A stretch of 64,000 nucleotides of DNA from a virus, in IMG/VR virus record IMGVR_UViG_3300042988_000771, positions 1 to 64,000 of that record; one strand, given 5' to 3'. Positions 55,688 through 64,000 of this stretch are shown here, piece by piece. The notes under the pieces were generated by a model, which was given only the letters and a program-made list of their open reading frames with translations, made no database searches and had not been told where the DNA came from. Position 1 is the stretch's first letter. Each line of letters opens with the position of its first letter. Position numbers and translations under genes: made by a program.

Positions 55688-56172
55688 ATGTCGTTCCTGA
55701 CGCTGCGCAACACGAAGTGGACGGGCGGCGACGTCACCATCTCCGACGACGGTGAGTACATCGTCATCGAGATACGTGACGTCGCCCCCGTTCGCGGGTA
55801 CATGATCGTCGAGATCGCCACTGGCCAGGTCATCAAGGGCCAGTGGCGTTCGCTGTTTGAGGCCCAGACGGCTGCGAACAGCCTCCGCAAGTCAACCAAT
55901 CAACCGGAAGAGGGAGAAACCCGTGGCTAAGGAGCCAGTGGTTCTTGTCGTCCACGTCGAGATCGTTCTCGACGACGGCAAGCTCAAGCCTGGTGTCAAC
56001 CTGGACACCATCGCTGAGCAGATCGACACCGCAGTGTGGGGAGTGGTTGTCCCCCACAGCGAGATCAAGGCGACGCGCAAGCGCTGCCTGAAGTCCAAGG
56101 CGCACGTCCACGACGGTGCTGCGCCCTGCCAGAAGTGCGTCAACTACGCCTACAACGAGAGGAACTCCGAGA

Positions 56173-57798
56173 ATGTCTAAGCCCGCGACCATCAGTTACG
56201 AGGACCGCGAGTCCCTCTCCGTCGGCATTGACCACGGCGACCTGAAGAACCTGGACAAGATCGCCTATGCGGTCAACCTCGCCTCTGAGGACGCCCAGGA
56301 GGAGTACGGCAAGGATGCCGTCCTCACCGTCAACGGCCAGCCGATCGACCCGCTGGTCGGTGCAGCAGCCATCCGTGCGGCCTACATCAAGATGCACGGG
56401 ATCGAGCCGATCGGCATGGAGTGGCAGGGGATGCTCCCGGTCACCAAGCCGTTCGAGACCCAGGACCGCCTGTTCCGCCTCATCAGCGGGGAGACCGTCC
56501 TGGAGACCGTCTTGGAGTCCCCGCGCATCTGGAACGCCGAGAAGCTCTCGATCTACCTGTCCGAGTGGCACCCCGAGTTCGTCCAGCCCAAGGTCGTCTA
56601 CCCCAGCCACCGCAAGATGCTGCTGGCGGAGGTGCTCAAGGGCGCGACGATGATCGGCATGCCCACTCGCACGGTGGACGTGCCGTGGGGCGGCGTGGCG
56701 TGGCCGGTCAACGAGGACCGGGTGGACATGACCATCGTGGCCACCGAGAAGCCGGGCAACGAGTTCGGCCTGCCGAACAAGATGGTCGCTCGGTTCATCG
56801 TGGTCGCCAAGAAGATGCACGCCGGGGCTGTGGACGAGTTCTACAGCCTGGTCCTGGAGGAGGTGCGCCGGGTCTACCAGAACAAGTACATCGTCTGGAA
56901 CGACGGCCGCATCTCCTACGAGGACGTCCACACCAAGGTCAAGGTCGGGGAGATCATCCTCAACGAGGACTTCGAGGCGGAGCTGGAGACGCGCATCTAC
57001 AAGCGCATCCGCAACGTCGAGGAGTGCCGTCGCACCGACCGCCGGATGCTCAGCGCCAAGTACGTCTTCTCGGGCGAGGCGGGCACCGGCAAGACCATGA
57101 CCGCCCAGTTGATCGCGATGGAGTCGCTCAACAACAACTGGACGGTTGTCCTCATCCAGCCGGGCGACGACGAGGACTTCGGTCGCGCGATGGACTTCGT
57201 CGCCCAGTTGGACGGTCCGGTCCTCGTGATCGTGGAGGACCTGGAGAAGATGATGCCCGACCAGGAGGGCCTGACCACCAAGCAGCGGATGGAGGAGCGC
57301 TCCAAGCTCCTTGACCGCTTCGACGGCGGGGTCATCAAGGGCAAGGAGATCGTCTTCATCCTGACGACGAACTTCAAGATGATGTGGATCAGCGCCATGG
57401 CTCGCCACGGTCGCTGCGACGGATTCTGGGAGTTCGTCCCGCTCGATCGGGTGGGCTTCGAGAAGCTCATGCGGATCAAGCTCAAGGGGCGGCTCGCCGA
57501 CGACGTGGACTTCGACATCGTCTTCGAGTACGTCAAGGACATGTCGTCCTCGTTCCTGGCAGCCATGGCGGACTACGCCCGCGACGACTGCCTCGGTGAG
57601 GGCACGGACTACCGGCTGACCACGGATCGTCTGGTCGTGCTCACGCGCGGCCTGCGTCGCCAGTACCAGTGGTACATCGAGCTCGTGGACAACGAGTTGT
57701 CCCAGCGGGCTCAGACGCTCAGCGAGCACTACGAGGCGCTGGTCGGTCCTATCGTGGACGCGAGGTTCGCAGCGGCGGGCTTCGCAACCGTCAAGTAG
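56173..57798 (+). CDS. AAA+ ATPase (classical clade)
   Basis: GEAGTGKT, VIVEDLE, ILTTN and RHGRCD (Arg finger). Confidence 0.85.
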   Translation: MSKPATISYEDRESLSVGIDHGDLKNLDKIAYAVNLASEDAQEEYGKDAVLTVNGQPIDPLVGAAAIRAAYIKMHGIEPIGMEWQGMLPVTKPFETQDRLFRLISGETVLETVLESPRIWNAEKLSIYLSEWHPEFVQPKVVYPSHRKMLLAEVLKGATMIGMPTRTVDVPWGGVAWPVNEDRVDMTIVATEKPGNEFGLPNKMVARFIVVAKKMHAGAVDEFYSLVLEEVRRVYQNKYIVWNDGRISYEDVHTKVKVGEIILNEDFEAELETRIYKRIRNVEECRRTDRRMLSAKYVFSGEAGTGKTMTAQLIAMESLNNNWTVVLIQPGDDEDFGRAMDFVAQLDGPVLVIVEDLEKMMPDQEGLTTKQRMEERSKLLDRFDGGVIKGKEIVFILTTNFKMMWISAMARHGRCDGFWEFVPLDRVGFEKLMRIKLKGRLADDVDFDIVFEYVKDMSSSFLAAMADYARDDCLGEGTDYRLTTDRLVVLTRGLRRQYQWYIELVDNELSQRAQTLSEHYEALVGPIVDARFAAAGFATVK

Positions 57799-58483
57799 AG
57801 AGCCGGGGTCGGGGCGGGGTTCACGACTCCCTCGCCCCGCCTCGGCCCCCTACAACGAAGGAGAGACATGTCAGACGATCTGTTGCAGGACGCCTTGGCG
57901 ATGATGGAGGGCACCGAGGAGGTTCCTCCGTTCATCAGTGAGGCCACGATCGAGCACGTCGCCACCGACTTGGCGACGTGGTGCTTCGAGTCATTCCAGA
58001 AGGCGAACGAGGAGGCCCCCGAGGGGCTGGCCGAGGACGTCTTCATCGCGTTCGTGACGAACGCCATCGGGGCTGCCTTCATCGCAGGCTGCCTCAGCAC
58101 ATCAACCAACCCGCAAGAAGCCCCCAGCCACACCGTGGTCGGCGGGCAGTCAGGAGCCATCTACAACTTCTATTTCAACTAGGAGGACCCCGTGGGGTTC
58201 ATCGAAGCATTCAAGTCCATCTGCAAGCGCGTGATCGCCAACGTCATCTCGGCGATCCAGCGCATGTCAGCACAGGAGGTCGTCGTCTCCGAGGACGGCG
58301 AGATCATCATCCGCGAGCCGCTCGTCAAGGACATCGCGGACAAGCTCAGTGCGGTCGTCGTGGCCAGCGCTGCCCTGTTCTTCCTGATGTCTCCGCTCCA
58401 GGGAGCGACGGCGATGAAGATCGGGGACCAGTTGCTCCGCCTGGCCACCGTGATGTGGAACGGCGAACCGGAGGTGGTGGTCA

Positions 58484-58804
58484 GTGGCTAAGCCCTACGT
58501 TCTTCCCGGCACTACGACGGAGACGCTGGAACTGTGCGACTACTGCTTCCAGCAGCGAGAGCGTGAGACGCGTCTCAGCAAGCACACGGACGTCGCCATC
58601 TGCCGCGAGGAGAACCTCATCGTGGAGGACGACTACGCCCACTACTTCTCGTCCTACACGCTGGAGACCTTGTGGTACTGCGATTACTGCGAGGAGATGA
58701 AGAACAGCGAGGACGTGTACGAGAAGGCCGTGGCGACCTGGTGCTGTCCGACCTGCCACGAGCAGTACGGCGACGAGTACGACGCAGCGAACTGCTGCGA
58801 CTAA
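58484..58804 (+). CDS. Cys-rich protein
   Basis: CDYC twice, CPTC and terminal CC. Confidence 0.6.
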   Translation: MAKPYVLPGTTTETLELCDYCFQQRERETRLSKHTDVAICREENLIVEDDYAHYFSSYTLETLWYCDYCEEMKNSEDVYEKAVATWCCPTCHEQYGDEYDAANCCD

Positions 58805-58824
58805 CCAACCGGGAAAGAGGGAGC

Positions 58825-59319
58825 ATGGAAGAAGTCAGGATGTACGACAGCTTCGAACAGATGCTGGCGGACATCGAACAGAACACCCAGATCGCCATCG
58901 CCAGCATGACTGACGAGCAGCGCGACCTGTGCGACGGCAACGAGCACTACGCGTTCTACCTCGATGCCGCAGACGGATCACTCGCCGTGGTCCACGTCCT
59001 GTCCCGCCAGCAGATCCTGGATGGCAAGTACCCCGACGAGGTCGACCTCTGGTTCGACGACGAGGGGAAGGCCAGCCGGGGCTACCTGCCGTGTCGGACC
59101 TGGGACGCCGTGTACTACGTGTGGCCTGACGATCCGGACCTGCACGACCGGCATGCGTCGATCCTCATGAAGTGCAGCAAGGAGGAGTTCGAGCACATGC
59201 GCGAGAACAAGTGTCTTTTCGCGCCCCTGTTGAACGACATGCACTACGTCAACCTGCTCAACAGGTACGTTGCCCTCCTCCACGAGAAGTACAGGAAGGA
59301 GCGCGATGCCAGGGCTTGA
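58825..59319 (+). CDS. Hypothetical protein
   Basis: Start-associated motif and GAGGGAG SD. Confidence 0.6.
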   Translation: MEEVRMYDSFEQMLADIEQNTQIAIASMTDEQRDLCDGNEHYAFYLDAADGSLAVVHVLSRQQILDGKYPDEVDLWFDDEGKASRGYLPCRTWDAVYYVWPDDPDLHDRHASILMKCSKEEFEHMRENKCLFAPLLNDMHYVNLLNRYVALLHEKYRKERDARA

Positions 59320-59881
59320 GAAGCAGGCAGTTGCCGCCATGGAAGGGGCGCGCGAGACCTACATGACCTTGGGGCACGACAACTTCGATCCCATGCTCCA
59401 TGTCATCCAGAAGAACGACGACCGCGACGTCATCATCCTGATGAAGGGTGTTCCCACGGGCTACCTCTACGAGGCGGTCCAGCGAGTGCTGTCGGAGATG
59501 GGACTTGATCCCGAGGCCATCTTCGTCATCAACGACGCCTACGGGGTCTACTACGGAGAGGAATCCACGCAGGAGCAGCGCGAGTACGAGGAGGCGCAGC
59601 TGGCTCTCGGAGGCATGCGTACACCCCTGGGCGAGCGATTCGCCAAGGGTGATCCGTGGGTCCGGGAGATGCTCACGGTGACCGGGCTCTCGTCTACCGA
59701 GACGGTCCTGGTCAATCAGATCTACCGGTGGACACCGGTAGACGGATGGGAGTGGAATGAGCCCAAGATCACCTCGGAGTCCACTACCGACTGGGTATGG
59801 GACAGGCTGGTCAACGGCCAGCCCAAGCCCGAGATGACCGAGATGATCAACAGGGCTAAGGAGATCGGGGAGCAGGAGTGA
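59306..59881 (+). CDS. Hypothetical protein
   Basis: AAGGAG SD, overlapping the upstream gene. Confidence 0.6.
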   Translation: MPGLEKQAVAAMEGARETYMTLGHDNFDPMLHVIQKNDDRDVIILMKGVPTGYLYEAVQRVLSEMGLDPEAIFVINDAYGVYYGEESTQEQREYEEAQLALGGMRTPLGERFAKGDPWVREMLTVTGLSSTETVLVNQIYRWTPVDGWEWNEPKITSESTTDWVWDRLVNGQPKPEMTEMINRAKEIGEQE

Positions 59882-60180
59882 GCGTGTGGGTGGGGTTCTG
59901 GGTTCTTGGCGTTCTGGCTTTCGTGGCGAGCATCTGCTCGGCATACTGGTTCGGCAAGGACGCAGGGACACGTGAGGCCTACAAGTGGCGCACACGGTAC
60001 GAGCATCAGCGGCGGGAGAACTCCCTTCTCCGGCAGACGATGAGCGCACCCTTCGAGTCCGCCTGGAACAACGTACGAGTCGTTCCAGACGAGTCCTACG
60101 ACGCGTCGTAGGCGCCCTTCGGGGCACGGCGGTTAGCGAAAGCGCCGCCACTCCTTGTAGTCGAAAGGAAGGACGAGCAT

Positions 60181-60504
60181 GTGTTTGACGCTCTGATGAT
60201 GACAGCCGCTCTAGCACTGCCCGCCAAGGACACAGCATCTCCTGCTGTGTCCTTTCTCAACTGCGTGATCGCGCATGAGAGTGGCGGGAATCCGCGGGCT
60301 GAGAATCCGACTAGCACGGCTAGTGGGCTTTTTCAGTTCATCGACGGAACCTGGAGGCATTACGCCTCCAAGGTTCCCAGCGCTAGGAAGTACTACCACG
60401 CAGCGCACGCTCCTGCGAAGGTTCAATGGGAGGTCGCACTGCTGGCAGTCAAGTGGAACGGCCACGGGCATTGGCGTGGCACCAACTGCGGATATGGCAC
60501 CTAG
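60181..60504 (+). CDS. Rpf/SLT-like lytic transglycosylase with signal-like N-terminus
   Basis: CVIAHESGGNP...TASGLFQFIDGTW...Q...A...W...CG, with a catalytic Glu and paired Cys. Confidence 0.8.
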   Translation: MFDALMMTAALALPAKDTASPAVSFLNCVIAHESGGNPRAENPTSTASGLFQFIDGTWRHYASKVPSARKYYHAAHAPAKVQWEVALLAVKWNGHGHWRGTNCGYGT

Positions 60505-60579
60505 GAACACGCAACACTGATCGCCCACAGGGAGGCCCCCGGTTCACGCCGGGGGCCTCTCGCTCATTGAGGGAGGAAC

Positions 60580-61008
60580 ATGTTCGGATCACGAGTCTGC
60601 ACATCGACAGACCTGCTCTACATGGCCACCATGGCCGACAAGCACGAGTTCAACCGCAGGGTCGAAACAGAGAAGCTCGCTGCTCAGATCGACCACAACG
60701 GCATCAACATCATCGAGTGCATGATGATGTACCACCGCGCGTCCTTCGGGCCGACGCCCAAGGACAAGCCCATCTGGCCGGACCATCACCGCTGCTACGT
60801 CTACGCCAAGATCAAGGGCCAGGACGAGCCGGTCAACTTCTTCCTGGACGTGGAGGCGTCCTTCTGGGACCGCCTCAAGACCGTGGAGGAGTTGGAGGCG
60901 GCGATGGCCGACCCCATCACGATGGGGATCGCCCGCGCACGACTGGCCTCCGTCGAGGAGCAGTTGATCCTGGACGGCGCATCGACCGTGGAGGACTCCG
61001 ATGGCTGA
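60580..61008 (+). CDS. Hypothetical protein
   Basis: GGAGG SD after a hairpin. Confidence 0.6.
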   Translation: MFGSRVCTSTDLLYMATMADKHEFNRRVETEKLAAQIDHNGINIIECMMMYHRASFGPTPKDKPIWPDHHRCYVYAKIKGQDEPVNFFLDVEASFWDRLKTVEELEAAMADPITMGIARARLASVEEQLILDGASTVEDSDG

Positions 61009-61131
61009 GCACTACCGCAAGGGCGTTACCTGCGAGCCGTGCTTGGACGGAGAGCACGCGACCACCGAGCACATCCTGGACAACGACGGCAAGTACGTGT
61101 CCACCGTGTGCCTGTGCTGTGAGGAGGAAGT

Positions 61132-61788
61132 ATGAGAAGCGAGGGCGAGTACGACCCCACGATGAACGTGGGACACATCATCACGGGACTGATGGACAAG
61201 ATCAGCCAGCTCAAGGAGCAGCGCGACAACCTGGATGCTCGGGTGGCTTCTCTGGCAACGGAGAACGCCGACATACGCATCGAGTCAAACGACACGCTCA
61301 AGAGTCTGAGGGCGCAGGTCGATCAGCTGACCTACCGCAACGGCGTCCTGCACAACGAGATTCGCAATGAGCGTGAGCAGATCGGCAAACTGGAGGAGCA
61401 TCTCCGCGCTTCTGAGAAGACCGCCAAGTACTGGGAGCAGGAGGCTGTTGCCCGCGCTCGTGCGGTCACTGACCTCATCAAGGCGAATCAGGAGTTGAAG
61501 GGCAACCCGCTCATTCAAGTAGACACGACGGCCCAGGCGAGGGTTGAGGAGCTGGAGGAAGAACTCCGTTCGGTTCAGTCTGACCGCGACTATTGGAAGA
61601 CCTTGGCGCTGGAACATGGCGCGGCGCTTGCCGAACTGCGGGCCAAGGGACAGGCTCCTGTCTCTCATCCCGACGTCCTCTTGCAGCAGGCGCGCATTGA
61701 CGACCTGCTCAAGGACAACGAGGACCTGCGCCACAACATGCGCAACATCCGCGACAACGTCATGCGCTGGACTAACAAGTTCGTCTAA
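61132..61788 (+). CDS. Coiled-coil protein
   Basis: Long heptad repeats. Confidence 0.65.
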   Translation: MRSEGEYDPTMNVGHIITGLMDKISQLKEQRDNLDARVASLATENADIRIESNDTLKSLRAQVDQLTYRNGVLHNEIRNEREQIGKLEEHLRASEKTAKYWEQEAVARARAVTDLIKANQELKGNPLIQVDTTAQARVEELEEELRSVQSDRDYWKTLALEHGAALAELRAKGQAPVSHPDVLLQQARIDDLLKDNEDLRHNMRNIRDNVMRWTNKFV

Positions 61789-61807
61789 CCAACCGAAAGA
61801 GGGAGTC

Positions 61808-62653
61808 ATGAGTCACTTCGTAGTGCTGGTCCTCGGGGGTACGCCCGAGACCATCGACGAGTACCTGGAGAAGACGCTGGAGCCGTACAACGAGAACACC
61901 CCGGTCGCGCCCTACTGGGAGGAAGAGGCCACCAACGCCCAGGACCACTGGGCATGGAGCTACACCGAGGAGGCCGTGGTCCCCATCGCGACGATGGTGG
62001 AGTACGCCGAGTTCCTCAACAAGCGCTACTCGGAGGACGGGTACAAGTACCGCGTCCGCGATGGCGTGCTCCAGCGTCAGTCCACCTACAACCCTGAGTC
62101 CAAGTGGGACTGGTGGGTCGTCGGCGGTCGCTGGTCGAACATGCTGATGCTCAAGGACGGCAGGCACGTGGACGAGGCCTACATCCGCGACGTCGACTGG
62201 GTGGGCATGCGCGCCGTCGCCCGCAAGAAGGCCGAGGACGACTTCGACCTGATGTGGAACATCATCGGCAAGCGCACTCCGCTGGTCGCATGGAAGTCGT
62301 TCATGGCCAAGTACCCGAACGACATCGCCAAGGCTCGCGAGGAGTACAACGCGCAGGAGACCCTCAAGGTCCTGCGCAGCTCCAACGTCGCAGCGCCCGT
62401 CTTCGGATGCCCGGTGGAGACCTACCACCTGGACGCCCCCAATCCGAGGGAGTCCTTCGTCGAGGCCAGCGTCAACGCCATCCCCTGGTGCTACGCCGTC
62501 GTCAAGGACGGCAAGTGGGTCACCCAGGGGAGCATGGGCTGGTGGGGCATGTCGAAGGACGACATGACCGACGACGAGTGGAAGGCCATCGTCCGCAAGC
62601 TCATCGACGACAGCCCCGATGAGTACGTCACCGTCGTGGACTGCCACATCTGA
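61808..62653 (+). CDS. Hypothetical phage protein (YNP.SKWDWW.VGGRW family)
   Basis: MSHFVVLV...YNPESKWDWWVVGGRW...GWWG...VVDCHI. Confidence 0.7.
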   Translation: MSHFVVLVLGGTPETIDEYLEKTLEPYNENTPVAPYWEEEATNAQDHWAWSYTEEAVVPIATMVEYAEFLNKRYSEDGYKYRVRDGVLQRQSTYNPESKWDWWVVGGRWSNMLMLKDGRHVDEAYIRDVDWVGMRAVARKKAEDDFDLMWNIIGKRTPLVAWKSFMAKYPNDIAKAREEYNAQETLKVLRSSNVAAPVFGCPVETYHLDAPNPRESFVEASVNAIPWCYAVVKDGKWVTQGSMGWWGMSKDDMTDDEWKAIVRKLIDDSPDEYVTVVDCHI

Positions 62654-63208
62654 TGGAGACGCGACTCAGCCCTGAGGCGAAGTGCAACAGGTGCGGGTAT
62701 CCGATCGACACGGCCACCGGGATCACAGGAAGGATTCCCGATCCCGGTGACCTGTCGGTCTGCATCGCCTGCGGCATGCCGGAGATGTTCATCATGTGCC
62801 CGACGGGGATGATCACCCGCCCGTGCACGGAGGAGGAACTGACACAGGTCCTCACCGACGATGTGGCGGTCAAGCTGATCGCCATCATCGCTGTCAAGAG
62901 CGCCACCGATCCCGACTGGCCGAAGGGACCAAGGGAATGACATTCGACGACGACTTCATTCGCATCCCCATCTCAGTGATCGACCGGAGCATCAACGTCC
63001 CGCTGAAGATGTTGGGACTGGAGTGGCCTCCTCCCGAGGAGATCTCCTACTCAGGCTTGATCTACAAGCGCGAGCGCTACTCCGAGATCACCGACGAGCA
63101 GCGCAAGGACATGACTCACGTCGTTCGCGGCGCGGAGTACTCCTACGTCGGGCTGGACCCCGACTACGTCAGAGGGCAGCAGTAACCAACCAACCGAAGA
63201 GAGGGAGC

Positions 63209-63631
63209 ATGGACGAACACTTCTGGAAAGACTGGGAGGAGGCCACGAACAAGTTCGTGGTCGTTGAGCATCGTGTGTGGGGTGTCCCCACCATGATGAA
63301 CCGCTACCTGCACGCGGAGGCCGACACGGGCTCCAAGTACGAGGTGCTGGGAATGGACGCGCAGGCCGACTGGCGCTCGGTTGACGAGACGTACTTCATC
63401 ACGGTGTCGCTGCCGTGGTGCGCGACGTGGACGTCGGCCTTCGGGTCGGTCATCTACCCCAACTACGCGATGGAGCACTGGCGCTCGCCCCGCAGGACGA
63501 TGAACGAGATGCACGGCGGCGACGCAGCCGCCCTGACCATCGCGCTCAACATCATCTGCGGGCACAACCTGGAGCACGCAGTCTCCTTCGCCAAGTCGTT
63601 CATCGTTCCGGAGGCCAGCGATGCACAGTGA
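63209..63631 (+). CDS. Hypothetical protein
   Basis: Start-associated motif and SD. Confidence 0.6.
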   Translation: MDEHFWKDWEEATNKFVVVEHRVWGVPTMMNRYLHAEADTGSKYEVLGMDAQADWRSVDETYFITVSLPWCATWTSAFGSVIYPNYAMEHWRSPRRTMNEMHGGDAAALTIALNIICGHNLEHAVSFAKSFIVPEASDAQ

Positions 63632-63929
63632 GTCGCATCCCCTGAAGGACAAGATCGTCCTTCTCAACTCCACCACCGAGGACCCCCTGAGGGGGCTGGT
63701 GGTGGAGGGAGCAGCCTTCGAGATTCTGGACTGGTGGGACCTGCTCACCGGCAAGTCCTGGATGGACTCGAACGGCAATCCCGCCTGCTTGCAGTACGCA
63801 GCGCGTTCGGGGCTCTCGCCCGCGAACATCCCCACGGACGACGAGGTCGTCTACGGGAAGATCCGCACCAAGGATGGGATTGGCCTCGGCCACCTCGTCC
63901 ACGTCACGGAACTCGGAGAGGAGATCTGA
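63621..63929 (+). CDS. Hypothetical phage protein
   Basis: DWWD.L.GKSWM..GNPAC..YA.R...VVYGKI...GHLVH.TE. Confidence 0.65.
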   Translation: MHSESHPLKDKIVLLNSTTEDPLRGLVVEGAAFEILDWWDLLTGKSWMDSNGNPACLQYAARSGLSPANIPTDDEVVYGKIRTKDGIGLGHLVHVTELGEEI

Positions 63930-64000
63930 TGGGCTGGTGGAGCACGAACAAGGAAGGTCGGTCGTTCGCGGAGAACGACGGCCCGGAGATGCTGTGGGGC

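Noticed and set aside
56140-57729. 529-aa minus-strand ORF and similar antisense ORFs in the early region
   Set aside because: They mirror the plus-strand genes, here the AAA ATPase, which has clear motifs and RBS context.

Overview
The window is part of a high-GC tailed dsDNA phage genome, most likely infecting an actinobacterium (WhiB regulator, Rpf-like transglycosylase, actinophage-type holin, apparent leaderless starts). Bases 1-47.9 kb run leftward and carry head/packaging genes (XkdF-like prohead protease, MuF protein, portal, TerL), lysis genes, two tail/structural blocks, a regulatory block (TerS-like, WhiB, RuvC, Tad1/Acb2-like) and replication genes (Cas4-like nuclease, DnaE, SSB, primase, DnaB). 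Bases 47.9-64 kb run rightward and carry small early genes. No major capsid, major tail, tape measure or integrase gene is recognisable in the window. The most striking unexplained system is a set of 8 otherwise dissimilar, basic, mostly Gly/Ala-rich proteins carrying 10 copies of a peptide tag, (D/S)AFGV-x(0-6)-[VI]-x-K. A variant (DAFDV) starts the prohead protease itself. Internal copies are flanked by K sites on both sides. I infer a capsid-targeting tag removed by the protease, by analogy to the T4 capsid-targeting sequence, which loads a multi-cargo payload that may also include MuF, JAB-like, ParB-like and CbbX/EccA-like AAA domains. Other observations are a 6-copy late promoter motif (GTGAC-N8-nAnnnT), a promoter- and hairpin-bounded ncRNA with a tRNA T-arm, a second mini-tRNA element, repeated early promoter/leader units, and a 5-copy start-associated motif. 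All family assignments are from motif recognition by eye, not database searches.
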